Assembly: GCF_030384885.1 (NCBI RefSeq)
Contig: NZ_CP128613.1
DNA: 64,000 nucleotides
From: Escherichia coli
GTDB lineage: Bacteria > Pseudomonadota > Gammaproteobacteria > Enterobacterales > Enterobacteriaceae
Strand: one strand, 5' to 3'
Shown: in pieces, positions 11,543 to 23,351 of the stretch
Position numbering within the stretch: the stretch's first letter is position 1
How the letters are laid out: every line of letters starts with the position of its first letter
The notes under the pieces: generated by a model
What the model saw: only the letters and a program-made list of their open reading frames with translations
Databases searched by the model: none
Told to the model about the DNA's origin: nothing
Translations under genes and position numbers: made by a program

Positions 11543-12014
11543 ATATCTATTACTCTCCCGAGAGTAAAACTATCAAACCAATGAGTAACCGATACAGCCT
11601 CGCAAATTCTTTCAGATAATTAACCCGTCACTGCGGCACGTTCTCTCATAAGGCGTGCCTGCTGTGTAATCCAGTATGTATCCGGCATACTTGACGGTTT
11701 AATAGAACTCAATTCCTTTCCCAGGTTACCAACAACGATATCTTGTATAACACCCCAGGAGATACGACATTATGATGAGATGAGGTATGCTCCTCAGCGC
11801 CAATCAACGCCAGGGCTGGGCCAGTTTTGAGATCAGACTCATTCCCGGACTGACTTCAGGCGACATATATCAATGACGTTGGGGCAATAAAAGATAGCCG
11901 ATGTAATACATCTATTCAAATTTGTGATACATGTCAAAAAATTGGTTGACCAAACTCGTTATTTATATAAGGGCACTTACGAAGTGCACTCTTTTTTAAA
12001 GCGAGGAAGTACCA

Positions 12015-12116
12015 ATGAAAGAGAATAAAGTACAGCAAATCAGTCATAAACTGATTAATATCGTTGTTTTTGTCGCAATTGTAGAATACGCCTATTTATT
12101 TCTCCATTTCTATTAA
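12015..12116 (+). CDS. ykgR: small membrane protein (33 aa)
   Basis: ATG at 12015 with GAGGA RBS; MKENKVQQISHKLINIVVFVAIVEYAYLFLHFY; below ORF-track length cutoff; position relative to ykgM fits recollection of ykgR. Confidence 0.4.
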   Translation: MKENKVQQISHKLINIVVFVAIVEYAYLFLHFY

Positions 12117-12452
12117 TAACGGCAATAAACTGTTCACTTCAGTGATATTTAAAATATGCATCCTCTCCCTTTTTTTTAAGTAATTATTATATTCGTGGGG
12201 GAGGAATACACGCTGTCAGGTAATCAATCAAACTGCGATAAATCATCGGCCAGTAAAGTGGAGATAGCCTCCATTCTCGAAAAATTCATACTCTCAGCGA
12301 AACCATCATCAATCACTCATCCAGGCGTTTATGGGAGCGTCGCCAATGGCTGCTAACAATGCCAGACTTCCCCGTTGCCGAAATTCCACATACCACAAAT
12401 GGTCACAGGAATTGGGTGTTGAAATGATTCGGATGAGCATGTATCTTTACGG

Positions 12453-12468
12453 TTATGTTATAACATAA
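12453..12468 (+). promoter_or_regulatory. candidate Zur box (palindrome TTATGTTATAACATAA) overlapping ykgM promoter
   Basis: 16-bp perfect palindrome 10 bp upstream of ykgM start; resembles Zur operator core; ykgM-type L31 paralogues are classically Zur-repressed. Confidence 0.55.
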
Positions 12469-12477
12469 CAGGTAAAA

Positions 12478-12744
12478 ATGATGAAACCCAATATCCATCC
12501 TGAGTATCGTACTGTGGTGTTCCATGACACCAGTGTTGATGAGTACTTTAAAATCGGCTCGACTATCAAAACAGACCGTGAGATTGAGCTGGATGGCGTA
12601 ACGTATCCGTACGTGACAATTGATGTCTCTTCGAAATCGCACCCGTTCTATACAGGGAAGCTGAGAACAGTGGCATCAGAAGGAAATGTTGCACGGTTCA
12701 CCCAACGTTTTGGTCGTTTTGTTAGCACGAAAAAGGGGGCGTGA
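12478..12744 (+). CDS. ykgM: ribosomal protein L31 paralogue (zinc-independent type B)
   Basis: 88-aa [27 protein letters not shown]...; lacks the Cys zinc ribbon. Confidence 0.9.
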
Positions 12745-12884
12745 TGAAAGTCCTTAACTCTCTGCGTACCGCAAAAGAACGCCATCCAGACTGTCAGATT
12801 GTGAAGCGAAAAGGACGGCTGTATGTGATTTGTAAATCTAATCCACGTTTTAAGGCCGTTCAGGGACGTAAGAAAAAGCGTTGA
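12744..12884 (+). CDS. ykgO: ribosomal protein L36 paralogue (46 aa)
   Basis: ATG overlapping ykgM stop (TGATG); [46 protein letters not shown]; not in ORF track (below cutoff). Confidence 0.85.
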   Translation: MKVLNSLRTAKERHPDCQIVKRKGRLYVICKSNPRFKAVQGRKKKR

Positions 12885-12935
12885 TTCATAATTCGCCGGA
12901 TTAACGATATTTGTCTGATTAATAATCAGACCGGA

Positions 12936-12974
12936 TTAATGTTGGTGTATTGATTACACCAACATTAATTTTCC
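12936..12974 (+). terminator. rho-independent terminator after ykgMO
   Basis: Perfect 14-15 bp stem ATTAATGTTGGTGTA/TACACCAACATTAAT followed by TTTT. Confidence 0.6.
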
Positions 12975-13206
12975 TGGAAATATATTCTTTAAGTTCATTT
13001 AAAGCCAACTGCCTGACGTTTCTCTCTGAATATTCCATTATATTCATGTTGATTTATTGACCAACTTCTCCCCTGTATGCTGGTATCAACTCTCTTTTAG
13101 ACTGAACAAGCCACTCCGCCCCCTCCCTTTGCGGAGCAGCCTGCATTTACACTCAAACTGTTAAGATGATAAATGTGGTAAATCTGTTGGTACTAACATA
13201 AAACGT

Positions 13207-13437
13207 TTACGCCACAGGAACAGCCTGATCCACCGGTAACCCCATCGCCGACGTTCGAGTGCCAGTTAGAGTAACGCGCACAGATGACTGCACGCAGTGC
13301 CCTGTCAAAGAGGCCATCGTTCCTGTGACAGCTGGCAGCCTTCGTTTAACTTCACTTAATTTGGCTCTTGGGGGGCTTACCGAACAGATGACGTAGTCAC
13401 ACCTATTCAATTTTTCACCACTTATTGGAGTAAACAC
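13207..13437 (-). CDS. hypothetical small protein (possibly ykgL)
   Basis: 76-aa ORF between ykgO and ecpR; no recognisable motif; assignment by position only. Confidence 0.3.
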   Translation of the reverse strand: MFTPISGEKLNRCDYVICSVSPPRAKLSEVKRRLPAVTGTMASLTGHCVQSSVRVTLTGTRTSAMGLPVDQAVPVA

Positions 13438-13900
13438 CCATAACCATTTTGTGCGGCATGTTAATCCATTAAAACACCTTATTGATTGTCAAATCCTCTT
13501 TAATGATGGCCAATAATAGTTTTATGTTCTATTTATTATCATTAAAACTTGTTTTTTTACTAGTCGAGCACAAAACGCATTAAGACTATTCCTAACACCT
13601 CAGGGCAAAGTTCCTGGCTAATATAAAATGTAAGTAAGAATTGAACGTTATATTGCCAATAACCTTATGAAACTGAATGTCTTTTTCTTCTTATCAAAAA
13701 AGCAATATTTTCATTTTTAGTAAATATTGACTTAACCATGGAATTCCTTTTCTGTTCACATATTGACACTCATCAGGAAAAAAACATAAATTTAAGCCCA
13801 ATCGAAAATAATTAAAACTTAATCTCGTTTAACCTATATTGATATGTGCTACGTATCTTATTTACTTCCGATTTACTAACAACACTGAATGTACCTGTAA

Positions 13901-14512
<612 letters not shown>

Positions 14513-14586
14513 ACTCCAGGCAAGTTAGTTTTAAAAAATGACTCACAGGGACATCATGTCCTCAATTTAACTCGGGAAGAAAAGCA

Positions 14587-15174
14587 ATGAAAAAAAAGGT
14601 TCTGGCAATAGCTCTGGTAACGGTGTTTACCGGCATGGGTGTGGCGCAGGCTGCTGACGTAACAGCTCAGGCTGTAGCGACATGGTCGGCAACAGCCAAA
14701 AAAGACACCACCAGTAAACTGGTGGTGACGCCACTCGGTAGCCTGGCGTTCCAGTATGCCGAAGGCATTAAAGGCTTTAACTCACAGAAAGGTCTATTTG
14801 ACGTGGCTATTGAGGGTGACTCAACGGCTACCGCCTTTAAACTGACCTCACGTCTTATCACCAACACCTTAACCCAGTTGGATACCTCAGGTTCCACACT
14901 GAATGTGGGCGTGGATTATAACGGCGCGGCAGTCGAAAAAACTGGCGATACCGTGATGATCGATACCGCCAACGGCGTACTGGGCGGCAACCTTAGCCCG
15001 CTGGCTAACGGTTACAATGCCAGCAATCGTACCACCGCACAGGATGGTTTCACCTTCTCCATCATCAGCGGTACCACCAATGGTACCACCGCAGTAACCG
15101 ATTACAGCACTCTACCGGAAGGCATCTGGAGCGGCGACGTTAGCGTACAGTTCGACGCGACCTGGACCAGTTAA
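14587..15174 (+). CDS. ecpA: E. coli common pilus major subunit
   Basis: 195-aa ORF with signal peptide [22 protein letters not shown]; operon context. Confidence 0.9.
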   Translation: MKKKVLAIALVTVFTGMGVAQAADVTAQAVATWSATAKKDTTSKLVVTPLGSLAFQYAEGIKGFNSQKGLFDVAIEGDSTATAFKLTSRLITNTLTQLDTSGSTLNVGVDYNGAAVEKTGDTVMIDTANGVLGGNLSPLANGYNASNRTTAQDGFTFSIISGTTNGTTAVTDYSTLPEGIWSGDVSVQFDATWTS

Positions 15175-15231
15175 TCTCTCTGATGTACCAGCAGGGGTAG
15201 CCCCCCTGCTTTATTCCTGGACGGAATTGTT

Positions 15232-15900
15232 ATGAAAAAGCACCTTCTGCCTCTCGCTCTGCTGTTTGCCGGAATATCTCCGGCCCATGCGCTGGATGTC
15301 GGCGATATATCATCGTTTATGAACAGTGACAGCAGCACGCTGAGCAAAACAATCAAAAACAGTACCGACAGTGGTCGCCTCATCAATATCCGTCTCGAAC
15401 GGCTCTCTTCACCGCTTGACGACGGGCAGGTTATCGCAATGGACAAGCCGGATGAGTTGCTACTCACTCCCACCAGCTTGCTGCTACCCGCCCAAGCCAG
15501 CGAAGTGATCCGCTTCTTCTATAAGGGACCAGTAGATGAGAAAGAGCGCTATTACCGCATTGTCTGGTTCGATCAGGCCCTCAGTGATGCGCAGCGCGAT
15601 AATGCCAACCGCAGCGCTGTAGCCACTGCTTCCGCCCGCATCGGCACCATTCTGGTCGTCGCCCCCCGCCAGGCGAACTACCGCTTTCAGTACGCCAACG
15701 GCTCCCTGACAAATACAGGAAATGCGACGCTGCGGATCCTCGCCTACGGCCCCTGCCTGAAAGCCGCCAATGGTAAGGAGTGTAAAGAAAACTACTACCT
15801 GATGCCGGGCAAGTCGCGTCGTTTTACCCGCGTGGACACTGCGGATAACAAAGGACGGGTTGCACTTTGGCAGGGTGATAAGTTCATTCCCGTGAAATAG
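15232..15900 (+). CDS. ecpB: pilus chaperone
   Basis: 222-aa ORF, signal peptide, operon context. Confidence 0.85.
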   Translation: MKKHLLPLALLFAGISPAHALDVGDISSFMNSDSSTLSKTIKNSTDSGRLINIRLERLSSPLDDGQVIAMDKPDELLLTPTSLLLPAQASEVIRFFYKGPVDEKERYYRIVWFDQALSDAQRDNANRSAVATASARIGTILVVAPRQANYRFQYANGSLTNTGNATLRILAYGPCLKAANGKECKENYYLMPGKSRRFTRVDTADNKGRVALWQGDKFIPVK

Positions 15901-15925
15901 ATAGCTGTGCAGATGGATAACGACA

Positions 15926-18451
15926 ATGCCTTTACGACGGTTCTCCCCAGGACTGAAAGCCCAGTTTGCCTTCGGCATGGTCTTTTTGTTCGTTCAGCCC
16001 GATGCCAGCGCTGCTGACATAAGCGCGCAGCAAATAGGTGGGGTGATTATTCCGCAGGCCTTCAGTCAGGCGCTTCAGGACGGCATGAGCGTCCCGCTCT
16101 ATATTCATCTTGCCGGTAGCCAGGGTCGCCAGGACGATCAGCGAATCGGCAGCGCTTTTATCTGGTTGGATGATGGACAGTTACGCATCCGGAAAATACA
16201 GCTGGAAGAGAGTGAAGATAACGCCAGTGTCAGCGAACAAACTCGACAGCAGCTGATGGCTCTGGCGAACACCCCGTTCAATGGGGCCCTTACCATCCCC
16301 CTGACTGACAACGCGCAGTTGGATCTCAGCTTGCGCCAACTGCTGCTGCAGCTGGTAGTCAAGCGCGAAGCACTGGGCACCGTACTACGCTCACGTAGCG
16401 AAGACATCGGGCAATCCAGTGTTAACACCCTCAGCAGTAACCTGAGCTATAACTTCGGCATCTATAACAACCAGTTGCGTAACGGCGGGAACAATACATC
16501 CAGCTATCTGTCGCTAAATAACGTGACAGCACTGCGCGAACATCATGTGGTGCTCGACGGCTCGCTGTATGGGATCGGTAGCGGTCAACAGGACAGTGAA
16601 TTATATAAAGCGATGTATGAACGCGATTTTGCTGGTCACCGATTTGCCGGTGGAATGCTCGACACCTGGAACTTGCAGTCCTTAGGGCCGATGACCGCCA
16701 TTTCAGCAGGGAAGATTTACGGCCTTTCCTGGGGAAACCAGGCCAGCTCCACCATCTTCGACAGCAGCCAGTCGGCCACGCCAGTGATCGCCTTTTTACC
16801 TGCAGCGGGCGAAGTACATCTCACCCGTGATGGGCGGTTACTGAGTGTTCAGAACTTCACCATGGGCAATCATGAAGTGGATACCCGAGGTCTACCGTAC
16901 GGTATTTACGATGTGGAAGTTGAGGTGATCGTTAACGGTCGCGTGATCAGCAAACGCACTCAACGGGTCAATAAGCTGTTTAGCCGGGGGCGCGGTGTCG
17001 GTGCGCCGCTGGCGTGGCAGATATGGGGCGGTAGCTTTCATATGGATCGCTGGTCGGAAAACGGGAAAAAGACGCGACCAGCTAAAGAGAGCTGGCTAGC
17101 AGGTGCCTCGAGCTCCGGCTCACTGAGTACGCTTAGCTGGGCGGCAACGGGATATGGATACGATAATCAGGCGGTGGGTGAAACCCGTCTGACGCTGCCG
17201 CTTGGGGGAGCGATCAACGTTAACCTGCAAAATATGCTGGCCAGTGACAGCTCATGGAGCAGCATCGGCAGCATCAGCGCCACTCTACCGGGAGGCTTTA
17301 GTTCGCTATGGGTTAATCAGGAAAAAACCCGCATTGGCAATCAATTGCGACGTAGCGATGCCGACAACCGTGCAATCGGCGGCACACTCAACCTGAACTC
17401 ACTGTGGTCGAAGCTGGGCACATTCAGCATCAGCTACAATGATGACCGCCGTTACAACAGCCATTATTACACGGCAGATTACTATCAAAATGTCTACAGC
17501 GGTACCTTTGGTTCGCTTGGCCTGCGAGCCGGTATTCAGCGCTATAACAACGGCGACAGCAGCGCCAATACAGGGAAATATATCGCTCTCGATCTCTCGC
17601 TACCTCTGGGCAACTGGTTTAGCGCAGGGATGACCCATCAAAACGGCTACACCATGGCAAACCTGTCAGCACGCAAACAGTTTGATGAAGGGACCATTCG
17701 CACTGTTGGTGCCAATCTGTCACGAGCCATCTCCGGCGATACCGGTGATGACAAAACCCTCAGCGGTGGGGCGTATGCACAGTTCGACGCTCGTTACGCC
17801 AGCGGAACGCTGAACGTCAATAGCGCGGCGGACGGCTACGTCAATACCAACTTAACTGCCAATGGCAGCGTTGGCTGGCAGGGTAAAAACATTGCTGCCA
17901 GCGGGCGGACTGATGGCAACGCCGGGGTGATATTCAATACCGGGCTGGAGGACGACGGTCAGCTCAGCGCCAAAATCAACGGACGGATTTTCCCGCTTAA
18001 CGGCAAGCGCAACTACCTCCCGCTCTCTCCGTATGGGAGATATGAGGTGGAGTTGCAGAACAGCAAAAACTCAATCGACAGCTACGATATCGTCAGCGGC
18101 CGCAAAAGCCATCTGACCCTCTATCCAGGCAATGTCGCCGTCATTGAGCCAGAGGTGAAGCAGATGGTTACCGTCTCCGGTCGTATCCGTGCAGAAGACG
18201 GCACACTGCTGGCTAACGCACGGATTAACAACCATATCGGCCGAACCCGAACCGATGAAAACGGCGAGTTTGTCATGGACGTGGATAAGAAATACCCCAC
18301 TATCGATTTTCGCTACAGTGGCAATAAAACCTGCGAAGTGGCACTGGAACTCGACCAGGCGCGCGGTGCCGTCTGGGTCGGTGATGTGGTCTGCAGCGGC
18401 CTCTCATCGTGGGCGGCGGTGACGCAGACAGGAGAAGAGAATGAGAGTTAA
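15926..18451 (+). CDS. ecpC: pilus usher (outer-membrane)
   Basis: 841-aa ORF, operon context. Confidence 0.85.
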   Translation: MPLRRFSPGLKAQFAFGMVFLFVQPDASAADISAQQIGGVIIPQAFSQALQDGMSVPLYIHLAGSQGRQDDQRIGSAFIWLDDGQLRIRKIQLEESEDNASVSEQTRQQLMALANTPFNGALTIPLTDNAQLDLSLRQLLLQLVVKREALGTVLRSRSEDIGQSSVNTLSSNLSYNFGIYNNQLRNGGNNTSSYLSLNNVTALREHHVVLDGSLYGIGSGQQDSELYKAMYERDFAGHRFAGGMLDTWNLQSLGPMTAISAGKIYGLSWGNQASSTIFDSSQSATPVIAFLPAAGEVHLTRDGRLLSVQNFTMGNHEVDTRGLPYGIYDVEVEVIVNGRVISKRTQRVNKLFSRGRGVGAPLAWQIWGGSFHMDRWSENGKKTRPAKESWLAGASSSGSLSTLSWAATGYGYDNQAVGETRLTLPLGGAINVNLQNMLASDSSWSSIGSISATLPGGFSSLWVNQEKTRIGNQLRRSDADNRAIGGTLNLNSLWSKLGTFSISYNDDRRYNSHYYTADYYQNVYSGTFGSLGLRAGIQRYNNGDSSANTGKYIALDLSLPLGNWFSAGMTHQNGYTMANLSARKQFDEGTIRTVGANLSRAISGDTGDDKTLSGGAYAQFDARYASGTLNVNSAADGYVNTNLTANGSVGWQGKNIAASGRTDGNAGVIFNTGLEDDGQLSAKINGRIFPLNGKRNYLPLSPYGRYEVELQNSKNSIDSYDIVSGRKSHLTLYPGNVAVIEPEVKQMVTVSGRIRAEDGTLLANARINNHIGRTRTDENGEFVMDVDKKYPTIDFRYSGNKTCEVALELDQARGAVWVGDVVCSGLSSWAAVTQTGEENES

Positions 18452-20084
18452 CCTACTGATAGCGATGATAATCTTTGCGCTATTCTGGCCAGCAACCGCG
18501 CTCAGAGCTGCAGTGAGCAAAACAACCTGGGCGGATGCACCGGCACGCGAGTTTGTGTTTGTCGAAAACAACTCAGACGACAACTTTTTCGTCACTCCTG
18601 GCGGGGCGCTGGATCCGCGCCTGACCGGTGCCAACCGCTGGACCGGTTTAAAATACACTGGCTCAGGAACCATCTATCAACAAAGCCTCGGCTACATTGA
18701 TAACGGTTACAACACCGGCCTTTATACCAACTGGAAGTTTGATATGTGGCTGGAAAATTCGCCGGTTTCATCTCCTTTAACTGGCTTGCGCTGCATCAAC
18801 TGGTACACAGGGTGTAATATGACCACCAGTCTTATCCTGCCGCAAACCACCGACGCCAGTGGATTTTATGGCGCGACGGTGACCAGCGGCGGCTCGAAGT
18901 GGATGCACGGCATGTTGTCAGACGCGTTTTACCAGTATCTGCAACAAATGCCCGTTGGCAGCAGCTTTACGATGACCATCAATGCCTGCCAAACCTCAGT
19001 GAACTATGACGCCAGCAGCGGCGCGCGCTGTAAGGATCAGGCCTCCGGCAACTGGTATGTTCGCAACGTCACCCATACGAAAGCAGCAAATTTGCGGTTG
19101 ATAAATACCCATTCGCTGGCGGAGGTATTTATCAACAGCGACGGAGTACCGACTCTGGGCGAAGGGAACGCCGACTGCCGGACGCAAACCATCGGCAGCC
19201 GTTCAGGATTAAGTTGTAAGATGGTTAACTATACCCTGCAAACAAACGGGCTCAGCAACACCTCAATCCATATATTCCCGGCGATCGCCAACTCGTCGTT
19301 AGCCTCGGCCGTCGGGGCGTACGATATGCAGTTCAGTCTGAATGGCAGTTCATGGAAACCGGTGAGCAATACCGCCTATTACTACACCTTCAACGAGATG
19401 AAGAGCGCAGACTCGATCTATGTTTTCTTCTCGAGCAACTTCTTTAAGCAGATGGTGAACCTGGGGATCAGCGATATCAACACCAAAGATCTATTCAACT
19501 TTCGCTTTCAGAACACCACATCACCGGAGTCTGGCTGGTATGAATTTTCTACCTCCAACACGCTGATTATCAAACCCCGTGATTTCAGCATCAGTATTAT
19601 CTCCGATGAATATACTCAGACACCGTCGCGAGAGGGATATGTCGGCAGCGGCGAACCGGCACTCGATTTCGGCTATATCGTAACCACCAGCGGTAAAACA
19701 GCTGCCGACGAAGTGCTGATCAAGGTGACCGGACCCGCGCAGGTGATTGGCGGGCGCTCCTATTGTGTCTTCAGCTCCGATGACGGTAAGGCGAAAGTAC
19801 CGTTCCCGGCGACGCTTTCCTTTATTACCCGCAACGGAGCTACAAAAACCTACGATGCCGGGTGCGATGATAGCTGGCGGGATATGACCGATGCGCTGTG
19901 GCTAACCACACCGTGGACTGATATCTCTGGCGAAGTGGGGCAGATGGATAAGACCACAGTCAAATTTTCGATTCCAATGGATAACGCCATTTCGCTGCGT
20001 ACGGTAGATGATAACGGCTGGTTTGGCGAAGTCAGCGCTTCAGGAGAGATTCATGTTCAGGCGACGTGGCGTAACATTAACTAA
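18441..20084 (+). CDS. ecpD: pilus tip adhesin subunit
   Basis: 547-aa ORF overlapping ecpC end, operon context. Confidence 0.85.
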   Translation: MRVNLLIAMIIFALFWPATALRAAVSKTTWADAPAREFVFVENNSDDNFFVTPGGALDPRLTGANRWTGLKYTGSGTIYQQSLGYIDNGYNTGLYTNWKFDMWLENSPVSSPLTGLRCINWYTGCNMTTSLILPQTTDASGFYGATVTSGGSKWMHGMLSDAFYQYLQQMPVGSSFTMTINACQTSVNYDASSGARCKDQASGNWYVRNVTHTKAANLRLINTHSLAEVFINSDGVPTLGEGNADCRTQTIGSRSGLSCKMVNYTLQTNGLSNTSIHIFPAIANSSLASAVGAYDMQFSLNGSSWKPVSNTAYYYTFNEMKSADSIYVFFSSNFFKQMVNLGISDINTKDLFNFRFQNTTSPESGWYEFSTSNTLIIKPRDFSISIISDEYTQTPSREGYVGSGEPALDFGYIVTTSGKTAADEVLIKVTGPAQVIGGRSYCVFSSDDGKAKVPFPATLSFITRNGATKTYDAGCDDSWRDMTDALWLTTPWTDISGEVGQMDKTTVKFSIPMDNAISLRTVDDNGWFGEVSASGEIHVQATWRNIN

Positions 20085-20763
20085 GACCCTGCTGACAGTG
20101 GTCTGTATGCTGGCGACACCTTTGACACAGGCGATTTCGGTCGGCAATCTGACTTTTTCACTGCCGTCCGAGACTGACTTTGTCAGCAAACGTGTAGTGA
20201 ATAACAACAAAAGCGCGCGGATATACCGTATTGCCATCAGTGCCATCGATAGTCCAGGCAGCAGTGAATTGCGCACTCGACCGGTGGATGGTGAACTGCT
20301 TTTCGCTCCCCGCCAGCTGGCGTTGCAGGCTGGTGAGAGTGAGTATTTTAAATTTTACTATCATGGTCCACAGGATAACCGCGAGCGCTACTACCGGGTC
20401 TCATTTCGCGAGGTCCCCACTCGCAACCAGACAAGACGCAGCCCAACCGGCGGCGAGGTCAGCACGGAGCCGGTGGTGGTGATGGATACCATTCTGGTAG
20501 TACGACCTCGTCAGGTTCAGTTTAAATGGTCCTTCGACCAGGTGACAGGAACGGTAAGTAACACCGGCAACACGTGGTTTAAGCTACTGATTAAACCAGG
20601 ATGTGATTCGACCGAAGAGGAAGGCGACGCCTGGTATCTACGTCCGGGAGACGTAGTTCATCAGCCTGAGTTACGTCAGCCGGGGAATCATTATCTGGTC
20701 TATAACGACAAATTCATTAAGATTAGCGATTCCTGTCCTGCTAAGCCCCCTTCGGCGGACTAA
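20053..20763 (+). CDS. ecpE: pilus chaperone-like protein
   Basis: Internal Met ([11 protein letters not shown]) gives 236 aa; overlaps ecpD 3' end. Confidence 0.8.
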   Translation: MFRRRGVTLTKTLLTVVCMLATPLTQAISVGNLTFSLPSETDFVSKRVVNNNKSARIYRIAISAIDSPGSSELRTRPVDGELLFAPRQLALQAGESEYFKFYYHGPQDNRERYYRVSFREVPTRNQTRRSPTGGEVSTEPVVVMDTILVVRPRQVQFKWSFDQVTGTVSNTGNTWFKLLIKPGCDSTEEEGDAWYLRPGDVVHQPELRQPGNHYLVYNDKFIKISDSCPAKPPSAD

Positions 20764-21076
20764 GACTTATCCATCGGACGAGGGAAGAATTCCACCTCAG
20801 AGACTCAAATAATCGTTTAAATGATGTGGAAGCGATCGTCAATGTCACCTGTAATGATGGGCTTTCTCATATGTACACCATAGTGTTCAGGAGACACGGA
20901 AAAGTGCCAGGCAGCCTGCTAACGAGTGGTTTCTTCACGAATTAGTACGTAAAATCGGTAACGGCTGGAAATCATTCAATACTCACACTATCGAAAGTTC
21001 CCCAGCCAACCGCGGTACGTTCTTACATACGATGTACCGCTGTTCTCTTTACGATTTATAGCTGTACTGGTGAATT

Positions 21077-21406
21077 ATGAGCAATCTGAATCCATGCATG
21101 ACGTGTGGTGCCTGTTGTGCATTTTTCCGCGTCTCTTTTTACTGGGCCGAAGCCGACGATGCTGGCGGTACCATTCCCGCCAGGCTCACTGAACAAATAT
21201 CCCCTTTTCACCGATGCATGAGCGGTACCAATCAGAAAAACCCCCGATGTATTGCCCTTGCAGGAACACCGGGCAAAAATGCCTGCTGCACGATATATAA
21301 AAATCGATCGTCCACGTGCAGAGAATTCGCCATGTCTGGTGAGAACGGAGAAGTCAATGAGGCTTGCAATCGTGCAAGAGCTAAATACGGGCTGACACCG
21401 TTATAA
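21077..21406 (+). CDS. ykgJ: Cys-rich ferredoxin-like/zinc-binding protein
   Basis: 109-aa ORF with CxxCxxCC and further Cys clusters. Confidence 0.8.
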   Translation: MSNLNPCMTCGACCAFFRVSFYWAEADDAGGTIPARLTEQISPFHRCMSGTNQKNPRCIALAGTPGKNACCTIYKNRSSTCREFAMSGENGEVNEACNRARAKYGLTPL

Positions 21407-21654
21407 ATATGCAATAATTAATTGCACTGCCCCGCCAGCTATAATCGCGGGGCTTCGTTTTTCAGGGATAACAAAACCCGAAACTTCTTCCATCTGCCAG
21501 CAACAATGCCTCTTCCTCTATAGTGTTCTCCGGATCTACAGCATCCTGAAGTAGCGCGATGTACTCACTGGCTATCTGCATCAGAAAGTTAAAAACAATG
21601 TTTTTAACCTATAAAAATGGCGCTGTATTTGCGCCATTTTTATCATTCAATGCA

Positions 21655-22269
21655 TTATCTGTTTGAGCCTAAAGGGATCTCAGGGTCTGGCTCATGAGTA
21701 ATTCTGTTTCGTAAATCTCTGCGAATAATTTCAATGGACCAGAACCAGACTAAATGTCCAAAAATTTCAGAAACATTCTCATACCACGGGAGATCAAACA
21801 GAGGTGGCGTCAGTCCCATGAGAGGGAATGAAATCATATGAACAAAAAGTTGGGCTAAAGCACCTGCCAGTAAGCCCTGCCAGAGTTTAATTTTTGGAAA
21901 TACTTCAGCGACCACACAATAACCGACAGCAAACACTATCGAAAAGATAATGTGCGTAACACCAACCCAGTTAAAGACATGCCCGGCAAAGGTATAAACA
22001 GCCGCATTGGGATCTGTCAGCCCCAGCCAGTCTCGAAGAAAAATATACGGAGGATTGAGAAAATTACGGGAGCAATCAATTTGCCCAGCAGCCCTGATTA
22101 ATGATTCCGGGCCACACGCTGCATTAAACATATCCACCGGGCTACGTGGCGGCAATGGAACTTCAGCCCCCCACTTCACAAATGCGGAAACAACGCCAGC
22201 AATTAGCCCAATGAATGCAGCAAGACCATAACGTCTGCGGTTCGGTGGAGTTTGTTCAAATATATTCAT
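21655..22269 (-). CDS. yagU: inner-membrane protein, DUF1440 family
   Basis: 204-aa ORF, multiple hydrophobic segments; matches recollection of YagU. Confidence 0.85.
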
Positions 22270-22475
22270 ATTTACCCTGTTTGTTTCATTATGTTGTACA
22301 CCTCTTCAGGAGTATTCATAAAACAAGATAAATGTAAAGAACTGTATTGTTTTGTATAATGCAATGGTGACTAATCGCCAATTAATATAAGCACCATCAT
22401 TTCTCCATATTTTTATGTTAGAAGTGACAAGGAGAAATGTAATGTTTCTCTCAGAGAATATAAATCATTCCTTTT

Positions 22476-22500
22476 GCCCACCTTAATGGTGGGCTTTTTT
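22476..22500 (+). terminator. rho-independent terminator of a short transcript
   Basis: GCCCACC-TTAA-TGGTGGGC hairpin followed by TTTTTT; extended -10 TGTATAAT at 22353-22360 about 120 nt upstream. Confidence 0.5.
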
Positions 22501-22730
22501 ATGCAAAACCTGAACACCCTGTGGTATTCCCCTGGCATTATCACTTTCGCGATTAACCAACAGCCAGACCAGCAAACACGCCACTACAGGCACAGCAAAA
22601 TCCATCAGGCTTGCCACACCCCATGCGTGCGGCTCAAAGCCGCCCCGCCATGGCATATTAATCCGCTTACCATTTTCGAACAGCTGATTGGTTTAGTCCG
22701 GTGTTTCCCTGCTTGCACTTAAAAATGAGC

Positions 22731-22820
22731 GGATGGGAAACTCTCGAAATGGTTCGTCGATATGCTCACCTTTCAGTCAGGCATTTCACCGCGCACGCGA
22801 GCAAAATCAAAGGCACATGA
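22731..22820 (+). pseudogene. 3' remnant of a second P4-type integrase gene
   Basis: Encodes ..[14 protein letters not shown].. then stop, matching the C-terminus ([14 protein letters not shown]) of the intact integrase at 34943-36106; lies directly beside the left att copy. Confidence 0.6.
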
Positions 22821-22851
22821 GGAGAATGTGGTTGACTTAAAAACGAGGAAA

Positions 22852-22913
22852 CTTATTGATTTAAATGGTGCCGATAATAGGAGTCGAACCTACGACCTTC
22901 GCATTACGAATTA
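22852..22913. repeat. left 62-bp direct repeat (att copy; duplicates 3' part of tRNA-Thr plus 16 bp)
   Basis: Identical to 36105-36166 by direct comparison. Confidence 0.8.
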
Positions 22914-23282
22914 TAAGAATCCGTTTCTAATTCAAAGCATTACCACATCAACACTGCGCTCACACGTCCCACCACATCAAAACATGTAAAGCCTTGCAAG
23001 CCATTGTGAGGCCTTATGTGTCTCAGTTTTGTCCCACCTTGTATTACGACTTGCATAACCAATGAAGATAAACGTGACGACAAACGACGCAGCAGTCTTC
23101 TTTTCTTTCACACTTTCCCCACTCAGCATGCATACCTTCTACTATAACTGTAGTGAATGTCTGTTATGAGCGAGGAGCGGACTATCTTTCTGTGCTAAGC
23201 ACAGAAGTTTAAATTAATAAATAGAGATTAAGATGTTTATTGGTTACATTGATATTTATAATTTGATTGCCTTGAAATTCCT

Positions 23283-23322
23283 AAGCCGAATTCATGACGT
23301 CTTCATCACATGAATTCGGCTT
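23283..23322 (-). terminator. hairpin downstream of the 447-aa cargo gene (possible terminator)
   Basis: Perfect 14-bp stem AAGCCGAATTCATG/CATGAATTCGGCTT, 12-nt loop, about 30 nt past the stop codon; no clean U-run. Confidence 0.35.
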
Positions 23323-23351
23323 ATGCATAATACTAAGTTGGTTTTATTAAG

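Noticed and set aside
22474-22722. 82-aa plus-strand ORF
   Set aside because: Its first codons are the terminator hairpin; region is better explained as non-coding remnant plus integrase fragment
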